Source: Auanema rhodensis (Eukaryota > Animalia > Nematoda). Taken from it: a DNA stretch of 64,000 nucleotides. The notes under the pieces were generated by a model that saw only the letters and a list, made by a program, of their open reading frames with translations, ran no database searches and had not been told where the DNA came from. The translations under genes and the position numbers were made by a program. This document shows positions 1-11,800 of this stretch, piece after piece (within the stretch, counting starts at the first letter, position 1; every line of letters starts with the position of its first letter). The stretch is taken from positions 20,150,001 through 20,214,000 of the forward strand of contig OZ059897.1 of the NCBI GenBank assembly GCA_964057225.1. The letters run 5' to 3'.

Positions 1-29
1 AGTTTCCATGTACACTCAACATTGCTTCC

Positions 30-95
30 AAAAACATTTTGACAAAAATTTTTTCGAAAAATTTCAAAATAATTTAGCAAAAAGTAGATGTTTTT
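30..95. other. A/T-tract-rich imperfect palindrome (first copy given)
   Basis: Perfect 12-bp palindrome tttttcgaaaaa (50-61), flanked by attttga (36-42)/tcaaaat (64-70) and aaaaacat (30-37)/atgttttt (88-95). Confidence 0.85.
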
Positions 96-172
96 AGATT
101 CCTTTTTTCAAGGCGAAGACGATGGACAATGTTATCCAACGAAAAAATTAATTCTTCAGGGTGAAAATCGAG

Positions 173-194
173 GATATAAGTGTGAACTTATATC
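173..194. other. Perfect 9-bp inverted repeat with 4-nt GTGA loop (present in nearly every monomer; first copy given)
   Basis: gatataagt-gtga-acttatatc; the arms are exact reverse complements. Confidence 0.95.
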
Positions 195-204
195 AGTTGA
201 TATC

Positions 205-271
205 TCGGTACATTTTTAAGCTAGCGCAAATCTGATAACACAGATCGACGCAGCTTAAAAATCCGCATCGA
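205..271. other. Long interrupted inverted repeat / rod hairpin (first copy given)
   Basis: atttttaagct (212-222) / agcttaaaaat (252-262) form a perfect 11-bp stem. Inner gcg/cgc and atctg (230-234)/cagat (241-245) surround the loop ataaca; outer tcggtRc / gcatcga. Confidence 0.9.
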
Positions 272-345
272 ATGCACTATACTACATTAAGAAACGCTTA
301 ATACAAAAATTAGTTATGATTGTTTGAAAAATGATGCATTAGTGT

Positions 346-373
346 ATGTTGAGTTTCCATGTACACTCAACAT
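346..373. other. Perfect 9-bp inverted repeat with 10-nt loop (first complete copy given)
   Basis: atgttgagt-ttccatgtac-actcaacat; the arms are exact reverse complements. Confidence 0.95.
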
Positions 374-2808
374 TGCTTCCAAAAACATTTTGACAAAAAT
401 TTTTTCGAAAAATTTCAAAATAATTTAGCAAAAAGTAGATGTTTTTAGATTCCTTTTTTCAAGGCGAAGACGATGGACAATGTTATTCAACGAAAAAATT
501 ATTTCTTCAGGGTGAAAATCGAGGATATAAGTGTGAACTTATATCAGTTGATATCTCGGTACATTTTTAAGCTAGCGCAAATCTGATAACACAGATCGAC
601 GCAGCTTAAAAATCCGCATCGAATGCACTATACTACATGGAAGAACGCTTAATACAAAAATTAGTTATGATCGTTTGAAAAATGATGCATTAGTGTATGT
701 TGAGTTTCCATGTACACTCAACATTGCTTCCAAAAACATTTTGACAAAAATTTTTTCGAAAAATTTCAAAATAATTTAGCAAAAAGTAGATGTTTTTAGA
801 TTCCTTTTTTCAAGGCAAAGACGATGGACAATGTTATTCATCGAAAAAAATATATCTTCAGGGTGAAAATCGAGGATATAAGTGTGAACTTATATCAGTT
901 GATATATCGGTGCATTTTTAAGCTAGCGCAAATCTGATAACACAGATCGACGCAGCTTAAAAATCCGCATCGAATGCACTATACTACATTAAGAAACGCT
1001 TAATACAAAAATTAGTTATGATCGTTTGAAAAATGATGCATTAGTGTATGTTGAGTTTCCATGTACACTCAACATTGCTTCCAAAAACATTTTGACAAAA
1101 ATTTTTTCGAAAAATTTCAAAATAATTTAGCAAAAAGTAGATGTTTTTAGATTCCTTTTTTCAAGGCAAAGACGATGGACAATGTTATTCAACGAAAAAA
1201 TTATTTCTTCAGGGTGAAAATCGAGGATATAAGTGTGAACTTATATCAGTTGATATCTCGGTACATTTTTAAGCTAGCGCAAATCTGATAACACAGATCG
1301 ACGCAGCTTAAAAATCCGCATCGAATGCACTATACTACATGGAAGAACGCTTAATACAAAAATTAGTTATGATCGTTTGAAAAATGATGCATTAGTGTAT
1401 GTTGAGTTTCCATGTACACTCAACATTGCTTCCAAAAACATTTTGACAAAAATTTTTTCGAAAAATTTCAAAATAATTTAGCAAAAAGTAGATGTTTTTA
1501 GATTCCTTTTTTCAAGGCAAAGACGATGGACAATGTTATTCAACGAAAAAATTATTTCTTCAGGGTGAAAATCGAGGATATAAGTGTGAACTTATATCAG
1601 TTGATATCTCGGTACATTTTTAAGCTAGCGCAAATCTGATAACACAGATCGACGCAGCTTAAAAATCCGCATCGAATGCACTATACTACATGGAAGAACG
1701 CTTAATACAAAAATTAGTTATGATCGTTTGAAAAATGATGCATTAGTGTATGTTGAGTTTCCATGTACACTCAACATTGCTTCCAAAAACATTTTGACAA
1801 AAATTTTTTCGAAAAATTTCAAAATAATTTAGCAAGAAGTAGATGTTTTTAGATTCCTTTTTTCAAGGCGAAGACGATGGACAATGTTATTCAACGAAAA
1901 AATTAATTCTTCAGGGTGAAAATCGAGGATATAAGTGTGAACTTATATCAGTTGATATCTCGGTACATTTTTAAGCTAGCGCAAATCTGATAACACAGAT
2001 CGACGCAGCTTAAAAATCCGCATCGAATGCACTATACTACATGGAAGAACGCTTAATACAAAAATTAGTTATGATCGTTTGAAAAATGATGCATTAGTGT
2101 ATGTTGAGTTTCCATGTACACTCAACATTGCTTCCAAAAACATTTTGACAAAAATTTTTTCGAAAAATTTCAAAATAATTTAGCAAAAAGTAGATGTTTT
2201 TAGATTCCTTTTTTCAAGGCAAAGACGATGGACAATGTTATTTAACGAAAAAATTAATTCTTCAGGGTGAAAATCGAGGATATAAGTGTGAACTTATATC
2301 AGTTGATATATCGGTGCATTTTTAAGCTAGCGCAAATCTGATAACACAGATCGACGCAGCTTAAAAATCCGCATCGAATGCACTATACTACATTAAGAAA
2401 CGCTTAATACAAAAATTAGTTATGATCGTTTGAAAAATGATGCATTAGTGTATGTTGAGTTTCCATGTACACTCAACATTGCTTCCAAAAACATTTTGAC
2501 AAAAATTTTTTCGAAAAATTTCAAAATAATTTAGCAAAAAGTAGATGTTTTTAGATTCCTTTTTTCAAGGCAAAGACGATGGACAATGTTATTCAACGAA
2601 AAAATTATTTCTTCAGGGTGAAAATCGAGGATATAAGTGTGAACTTATATCAGTTGATATCTCGGTACATTTTTAAGCTAGCGCAAATCTGATAACACAG
2701 ATCGACGCAGCTTAAAAATCCGCATCGAATGCACTATACTACATGGAAGAACGCTTAATACAAAAATTAGTTATGATCGTTTGAAAAATGATGCATTAGT
2801 GTATGTTG

Positions 2809-5800
2809 AGTTTCCATGTACACTCAACATTGCTTCCAAAAACATTTTGACAAAAATTTTTTCGAAAAATTTCAAAATAATTTAGCAAAAAGTAGATGTT
2901 TTTAGATTCCTTTTTTCAAGGCAAAGACGATGGACAATGTTATTCAACGAAAAAATTATTTCTTCAGGGTGAAAATCGAGGATATAAGTGTGAACTTATA
3001 TCAGTTGATATCTCGGTACATTTTTAAGCTAGCGCAAATCTGATAACACAGATCGACGCAGCTCAAAAATCCGTACGAATGCACTATACTATATTGAGAA
3101 ACGCTTAATACAAAAATTAGTTATGATCGTTTGAAAAATGATGCATTAGTGTATGTTGAGTTTCCATGTACACTCAACATTGCTTCCAAAAACATTTTGA
3201 CAAAAATTTTTTCGAAAAATTTCAAAATAATTTCGCAAAAAGTAGATGTTTTTAGATTCCTTTTTTCAAGGCAAAGACGATGGACAATGTTATTTAACGA
3301 AAAAATTAATTCTTCAGGGTGAAAATCGAGGATATAAGTGTAAACTTATATCAGTTGATATCTCGGTGCATTTTTAAGCTAGCGCAAATCTGATAACACA
3401 GATCGACGCAGCTTAAAAATCCGCATCGAATGCACTATACTACATTGAGAAACGCTTAATACAAAAATTAGTTATGATCGTTTGAAAAATGATGCATTAG
3501 TGTATGTTGAGTTTCCATGTACACTCAACATTGCTTCCAAAAACATTTTGACAAAAATTTTTTCGAAAAATTTCAAAATAATTTAGCAAAAAGTAGATGT
3601 TTTTAGATTCCTTTTTTCAAGGCAAAGACGATGGACGATGTTATTCAACGAAAAAATTAATTCTTCAGGGTGAAAATCGAGGATATAAGTGTGAACTTAT
3701 ATCAGTTGATATCTCGGTGCATTTTTAAGCTAGCGCAAATCTGATAACACAGATCGACGCAACTCAAAAATCCGTACGAATGCACTTTACTATATTGAGA
3801 AACGCTTAATACAAAAATTAGTTATGATCGTTTGAAAAATGATGCATTAGTGTATGTTGAGTTTCCATGTACACTCAACATTGCTTCCAAAAACATTTTG
3901 ACAAAAATTTTTTCGAAAAATTTCAGAATAATTTAGCAAAAAGTAGATGTTTTTAGATTCCTTTTTTCAAGGCAAAGACGATGGACAATGTTATTTAACG
4001 AAAAAATTAATTCTTCAGGGTGAAAATCGAGGATATAAGTGTAAACTTATATCAGTTGATATCTCGGTGCATTTTTAAGCTAGCGCAAATCTGATAACAC
4101 AGATCGACGCAGCTTAAAAATGCGCATCGAATGCACTATACTACATTGAGAAACGCTTAATACAAAAATTAGTTATGATCGTTTGAAAAATGATGCATTA
4201 GTGTATGTTGAGTTTCCATGTACACTCAACATTGCTTCCAAAAACATTTTGACAAAAATTTTTTCGAAAAATTTCAAAATAATTTAGCAAAAAGTAGATG
4301 TTTTTAGATTTCTTTTTTTCAAGGCAAAGACGATGGACAATGTTATTCAACGAAAAAATTATTTCTTCAGGGTGAAAATCGAGGATATAAGTGTGAACTT
4401 ATATCAGTTGATATATCGGTGCATTTTTAAGCTAGCGCAAATCTGATAACACAGATCGACGCAGCTTAAAAATCCGCATCGAATGCACTCAACTACATTA
4501 AAAAACGCTTAATACAAAAATTAGTTATGATCGTTTGAAAAATGATGCATTAGTGTATGTTGAGTTTCCATGTACACTCAACATTGCTTCCAAAAACATT
4601 TTGACAAAAATTTTTTCGAAAAATTTCAAAATAATTTAGCAAAAAGTAGATGTTTTTAGATTCCTTTTTTCAAGGCAAAGACGATGGACAATGTTATTCA
4701 ACGAAAAAATTATTTCTTCAGGGTGAAAATCGAGGATATAAGTGTGAACTTATATCAGTTGATATCTCGGTGCATTTTTAAGCTAGCGCAAATCTGATAA
4801 CACAGATCGACGCAGCTTAAAAATCCGCATCGAATGCACTATACTACATTGAGAAACGCTTAATAAAAAAATTAGTTATGATCGTTTGAAAAATGATGCA
4901 TTAGTGTATGTTGAGTTTCCATGTACACTCAACATTGCTTCCAAAAACATTTTGACAAAAATTTTTTCGAAAAATTTCAAAATAATTTAGCAAAAAGTAG
5001 ATGTTTTTAGATTCCTTTTTTCAAGGCAAAGACGATGGACAATGTTATTTAACGAAAAAATTAATTCTTCAGGGTGAAAATCGAGGATATAAGTGTGAAC
5101 TTATATCAGTTGATATCTCGGTACATTTTTAAGCTAGCGCAAATCTGATAACACAGATCGACGCAGCTTAAAAATCCGCATCGAATGCACTATACTACAT
5201 GGAAGAACGCTTAATACAAAAATTAGTTATGATCGTTTGAAAAATGATGCATTAGTGTATGTTGAGTTTCCATGTACACTCAACATTGCTTCCAAAAACA
5301 TTTTGACAAAAATTTTTTCGAAAAATTTCAAAATAATTTAGCAAAAAGTAGATGTTTTTAGATTCCTTTTTTCAAGGCAAAGACGATGGACAATGTTATT
5401 TAACGAAAAAATTAATTCTTCAGGGTGAAAATCGAGGATATAAGTGTGAACTTATATCAGTTGATATCTCGGTGCATTTTTAAGCTAGCGCAAATCTGAT
5501 AACACAGATCGACGCAGCTTAAAAATCCGCATCGAATGCACTATACTACATTGAGAAACGCTTAATACAAAAATTAGTTATGATCGTTTGAAAAATGATG
5601 CATTAGTGTATGTTGAGTTTCCATGTACACTCAACATTGCTTCCAAAAACATTTTGACAAAAATTTTTTCGAAAAATTTCAAAATAATTTAGCAAAAAGT
5701 AGATGTTTTTAGATTCCTTTTTTCAAGGCGAAGACGATGAACAATGTTATCCAACGAAAAAATTAATTCTTCAGGGTGAAAATCGAGGATATAAGTGTGA

Positions 5801-8800
5801 ACTTATATCAGTTGATATCTCGGTACATTTTTAAGCTAGCGCAAATCTGATAACACAGATCGACGCAGCTTAAAAATCCGCATCGAATGCACTCAACTAC
5901 ATTAAAAAACGCTTAATACAAAAATTAGTTATGATCGTTTGAAAAATGATGCATTAGTGTATGTTGAGTTTCCATGTACACTCAACATTGCTTCCAAAAA
6001 CATTTTGACAAAAATTTTTTCGAAAAATTTCAAAATAATTTAGCAAAAAGTAGATGTTTTTAGATTCCTTTTTTCAAGGCAAAGACGATGGACAATGTTA
6101 TTCATCGAAAAAATTATATCTTCAGGGTGAAAATCGAGGATATAAGTGTGAACTTATATCAGTTGATATATCGGTGCATTTTTAAGCTAGCGCAAATCTG
6201 ATAACACAGATCGACGCAGCTTAAAAATCCGCATCGAATGCACTATACTACATTAAGAAACGCTTAATACAAAAATTAGTTATGATCGTTTGAAAAATGA
6301 TGCATTAGTGTATGTTGAGTTTCCATGTACACTCAACATTGCTTCCAAAAACATTTTGACAAAAATTTTTTCGAAAAATTTCAAAATAATTTAGCAAAAA
6401 GTAGATGTTTTTAGATTCCTTTTTTCAAGGCAAAGACGATGGACAATGTTATTTAACGAAAAAATTAATTCTTCAGGGTGAAAATCGAGGATATAAGTGT
6501 GAACTTATATCAGTTGATATCTCGGTACATTTTTAAGCTAGCGCAAATCTGATAACACAGATCGACGCAGCTTAAAAATCCGCATCGAATGCACTATACT
6601 ACATGGAAGAACGCTTAATACAAAAATTAGTTATGATCGTTTGAAAAATGATGCATTAGTGTATGTTGAGTTTCCATGTACACTCAACATTGCTTCCAAA
6701 AACATTTTGACAAAAATTTTTTCGAAAAATTTCAAAATAATTTAGCAAAAAGTAGATGTTTTTAGATTCCTTTTTTCAAGGCGAAGACGATGAACAATGT
6801 TATCCAACGAAAAAATTAATTCTTCAGGGTGAAAATCGAGGATATAAGTGTGAACTTATATCAGTTGATATCTCGGTACATTTTTAAGCTAGCGCAAATC
6901 TGATAACACAGATCGACGCAGCTTAAAAATCCGCATCGAATGCACTATACTACATGGAAGAACGCTTAATACAAAAATTAGTTATGATCGTTTGAAAAAT
7001 GATGCATTAGTGTATGTTGAGTTTCCATGTACACTCAACATTGCTTCCAAAAACATTTTGACAAAAATTTTTTCGAAAAATTTCAAAATAATTTAGCAAA
7101 AAGTAGATGTTTTTAGATTCCTTTTTTCAAGGCAAAGACGATGGACAATGTTATTCATCGAAAAAATTATATCTTCAGGGTGAAAATCGAGGATATAAGT
7201 GTGAACTTATATCAGTTGATATCTCGGTACATTTTTAAGCTAGCGCAAATCTGATAACACAGATCGACGCAGCTTAAAAATCCGCATCGAATGCACTATA
7301 CTACATGGAAGAACGCTTAATACAAAAATTAGTTATGATCGTTTGAAAAATGATGCATTAGTGTATGTTGAGTTTCCATGTACACTCAACATTGCTTCCA
7401 AAAACATTTTGACAAAAATTTTTTCGAAAAATTTCAAAATAATTTAGCAAAAAGTAGATGTTTTTAGATTCCTTTTTTCAAGGCGAAGACGATGAACAAT
7501 GTTATCCAACGAAAAAATTAATTCTTCAGGGTGAAAATCGAGGATATAAGTGTGAACTTATATCAGTTGATATCTCGGTACATTTTTAAGCTAGCGCAAA
7601 TCTGATAACACAGATCGACGCAGCTTAAAAATCCGCATCGAATGCACTATACTACATGGAAGAACGCTTAATACAAAAATTAGTTATGATCGTTTGAAAA
7701 ATGATGCATTAGTGTATGTTGAGTTTCCATGTACACTCAACATTGCTTCCAAAAACATTTTGACAAAAATTTTTTCGAAAAATTTCAAAATAATTTAGCA
7801 AAAAGTAGATGTTTTTAGATTCCTTTTTTCAAGGCAAAGACGATGGACAATGTTATTCATCGAAAAAATTATATCTTCAGGGTGAAAATCGAGGATATAA
7901 GTGTGAACTTATATCAGTTGATATATCGGTGCATTTTTAAGCTAGCGCAAATCTGATAACACAGATCGACGCAGCTTAAAAATCCGCATCGAATGCACTA
8001 TACTACATTAAGAAACGCTTAATACAAAAATTAGTTATGATCGTTTGAAAAATGATGCATTAGTGTATGTTGAGTTTCCATGTACACTCAACATTGCTTC
8101 CAAAAACATTTTGACAAAAATTTTTTCGAAAAATTTCAAAATAATTTAGCAAAAAGTAGATGTTTTTAGATTCCTTTTTTCAAGGCAAAGACGATGGACA
8201 ATGTTATTCAACGAAAAAATTATTTCTTCAGGGTGAAAATCGAGGATATAAGTGTGAACTTATATCAGTTGATATCTCGGTGCATTTTTAAGCTAGCGCA
8301 AATCTGATAACACAGATCGACGCAGCTTAAAAATCCGCATCGAATGCACTATACTACATGGAAGAACGCTTAATACAAAAATTAGTTATGATCGTTTGAA
8401 AAATGATGCATTAGTGTATGTTGAGTTTCCATGTACACTCAACATTGCTTCCAAAAACATTTTGACAAAAATTTTTTCGAAAAATTTCAAAATAATTTAG
8501 CAAAAAGTAGATGTTTTTAGATTCCTTTTTTCAAGGCAAAGACGATGGACAATGTTATTCAACGAAAAAATTATTTCTTCAGGGTGAAAATCGAGGATAT
8601 AAGTGTGAACTTATATCAGTTGATATCTCGGTACATTTTTAAGCTAGCGCAAATCTGATAACACAGATCGACGCAGCTCAAAAATCCGTACGAATGCACT
8701 ATACTATATTGAGAAACGCTTAATACAAAAATTAGTTATGATCGTTTGAAAAATGATGCATTAGTGTATGTTGAGTTTCCATGTACACTCAACATTGCTT

Positions 8801-11800
8801 CCAAAAACATTTTGACAAAAATTTTTTCGAAAAATTTCAAAATAATTTCGCAAAAAGTAGATGTTTTTAGATTCCTTTTTTCAAGGCAAAGACGATGGAC
8901 AATGTTATTTAACGAAAAAATTAATTCTTCAGGGTGAAAATCGAGGATATAAGTGTAAACTTATATCAGTTGATATCTCGGTGCATTTTTAAGCTAGCGC
9001 AAATCTGATAACACAGATCGACGCAGCTTAAAAATCCGCATCGAATGCACTATACTACATTGAGAAACGCTAAATACAAAAATTAGTTATGATCGTTTGA
9101 AAAATGATGCATTAGTGTATGTTGAGTTTCCATGTACACTCAACATTGCTTCCAAAAACATTTTGACAAAAATTTTTTCGAAAAATTTCAAAATAATTTA
9201 GCAAAAAGTAGATGTTTTTAGATTCCTTTTTTCTAGGCAAAGACGATGGACAATGTTATTCAACGAAAAAATTAATTCTTCAAGGTGAAAATCGAGGATA
9301 TAAGTGTAAACTTATATCAGTTGATATCTCGGTGCATTTTTAAGCTAGCGCAAATCTGATAACACAGATCGACGCAGCTCAAAAATCCGTACGAATGCAC
9401 TATACTATATTGAGTAACGCTTAATACAAAAATTAGTTATGATCGTTTGAAAAATGATGCATTAGTGTATGTTGAGTTTCCATGTACACTCAACATTGCT
9501 TCCAAAAACATTTTGACAAAAATTTTTTCGAAAAATTTCAAAATAATTTAGCAAAAAGTAGATGTTTTTAGATTCCTTTTTTCAAGGCAAAGACGATGGA
9601 CGATGTTATTCAACGAAAAAATTAATTCTTCAGGGTGAAAATCGAGGATATAAGTGTGAACTTATATCAGTTGATATCTCGGTGCATTTTTAAGCTAGCG
9701 CAAATCTGATAACACAGATCGACGCAACTCAAAAATCCGTACGAATGCACTTTACTATATTGAGAAACGCTTAATACAAAAATTAGTTATGATCGTTTGA
9801 AAAATGATGCATTAGTGTATGTTGAGTTTCCATGTACACTCAACATTGCTTCCAAAAACATTTTGACAAAAATTTTTTCGAAAAATTTCAGAATAATTTA
9901 GCAAAAAGTAGATGTTTTTAGATTCCTTTTTTCAAGGCAAAGACGATGGACAATGTTATTCAACGAAAAAATTAATTCTTCAAGGTGAAAATCGAGGATA
10001 TAAGTGTAAACTTATATCAGTTGATATCTCGGTGCATTTTTAAGCTAGCGCAAATCTGATAACACAGATCGACGCAGCTCAAAAATCCGTACGAATGCAC
10101 TATACTATATTGAGTAACGCTTAATACAAAAATTAGTTATGATCGTTTGAAAAATGATGCATTAGTGTATGTTGAGTTTCCATGTACACTCAACATTGCT
10201 TCCAAAAACATTTTGACAAAAATTTTTTCGAAAAATTTCAAAATAATTTAGCAAAAAGTAGATGTTTTTAGATTCCTTTTTTCAAGGCAAAGACGATGGA
10301 CGATGTTATTCAACGAAAAAATTAATTCTTCAGGGTGAAAATCGAGGATATAAGTGTGAACTTATATCAGTTGATATCTCGGTGCATTTTTAAGCTAGCG
10401 CAAATCTGATAACACAGATCGACGCAACTCAAAAATCCGTACGAATGCACTTTACTATATTGAGAAACGCTTAATACAAAAATTAGTTATGATCGTTTGA
10501 AAAATGATGCATTAGTGTATGTTGAGTTTCCATGTACACTCAACATTGCTTCCAAAAACATTTTGACAAAAATTTTTTCGAAAAATTTCAGAATAATTTA
10601 GCAAAAAGTAGATGTTTTTAGATTCCTTTTTTCAAGGCAAAGACGATGGACAATGTTATTTAACGAAAAAATTAATTCTTCAGGGTGAAAATCGAGGATA
10701 TAAGTGTAAACTTATATCAGTTGATATCTCGGTGCATTTTTAAGCTAGCGCAAATCTGATAACACAGATCGACGCAGCTTAAAAATCCGCATCGAATGCA
10801 CTATACTACATTGAGAAACGCTTAATACAAAAATTAGTTATGATCGTTTGAAAAATGATGCATTAGTGTATGTTGAGTTTCCATGTACACTCAACATTGC
10901 TTCCAAAAACATTTTGACAAAAATTTTTTCGAAAAATTTCAAAATAATTTAGCAAAAAGTAGATGTTTTTAGATTTCTTTTTTTCAAGGCAAAGACGATG
11001 GACAATGTTATTCAACGAAAAAATTATTTCTTCAGGGTGAAAATCGAGGATATAAGTGTGAACTTATATCAGTTGATATATCGGTGCATTTTTAAGCTAG
11101 CGCAAATCTGATAACACAGATCGACGCAGCTTAAAAATCCGCATCGAATGCACTCAACTACATTAAGAAACGCTTAATACAAAAATTAGTTATGATCGTT
11201 TGAAAAATGATGCATTAGTGTATGTTGAGTTTCCATGTACACTCAACATTGCTTCCAAAAACATTTTGACAAAAATTTTTTCGAAAAATTTCAAAATAAT
11301 TTAGCAAAAAGTAGATGTTTTTAGATTCCTTTTTTCAAGGCAAAGACGATGGACAATGTTATTCAACGAAAAAATTATTTCTTCAGGGTGAAAATCGAGG
11401 ATATAAGTGTGAACTTATATCAGTTGATATATCGGTGCATTTTTAAGCTAGCGCAAATCTGATAACACAGATCGACGCAGCTTAAAAATCCGCATCGAAT
11501 GCACTCAACTACATTAAGAAACGCTTAATACAAAAATTAGTTATGATCGTTTGAAAAATGATGCATTAGTGTATGTTGAGTTTCCATGTACACTCAACAT
11601 TGCTTCCAAAAACATTTTGACAAAAATTTTTTCGAAAAATTTCAAAATAATTTAGCAAAAAGTAGATGTTTTTAGATTCCTTTTTTCAAGGCAAAGACGA
11701 TGGACAATGTTATTCAACGAAAAAATTATTTCTTCAGGGTGAAAATCGAGGATATAAGTGTGAACTTATATCAGTTGATATCTCGGTGCATTTTTAAGCT

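Noticed and set aside
128-144. CENP-B box-like TTTCGTTGGA on the minus strand of the tatcc allele
   Set aside because: Matches only the first part of YTTCGTTGGAARCGGGA, lacks the essential CGGG, and the allele occurs in only about five monomers.
97-170. Hammerhead ribozyme on the minus strand (tcttcag at 153-159 reads CUGAAGA; tttc at 106-109 reads GAAA)
   Set aside because: Stem II has at most two A-U pairs, only three bases lie between the candidate UC site and CUGA so stem I cannot form, and no type I arrangement works. The plus-strand ctgataa does not match CUGANGA. An Infernal/RNAMotif search would be definitive.
173-271. Hairpins as bacterial intrinsic terminators
   Set aside because: No upstream genes, AT-rich stems without a properly placed U-tract, and a satellite context.
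1-351. 5S rDNA, tRNA, snRNA or spliced-leader tandem gene unit
   Set aside because: Unit size is compatible, but I see no 5S sequence, cloverleaf, Pol III A/B/C boxes or recognisable SL exon.
1-351. Assignment to a named satellite (e.g. Drosophila 359-bp 1.688 family or ~350-bp tenebrionid beetle satellites)
   Set aside because: Only length and AT-richness are similar; I cannot establish sequence identity without a database search.
3131-3322. 63-aa ORFs (six copies) as protein-coding genes
   Set aside because: The same frame has an internal TAG in the other ~176 monomers; TTG start, no recognisable domain, composition explained by A/T tracts.
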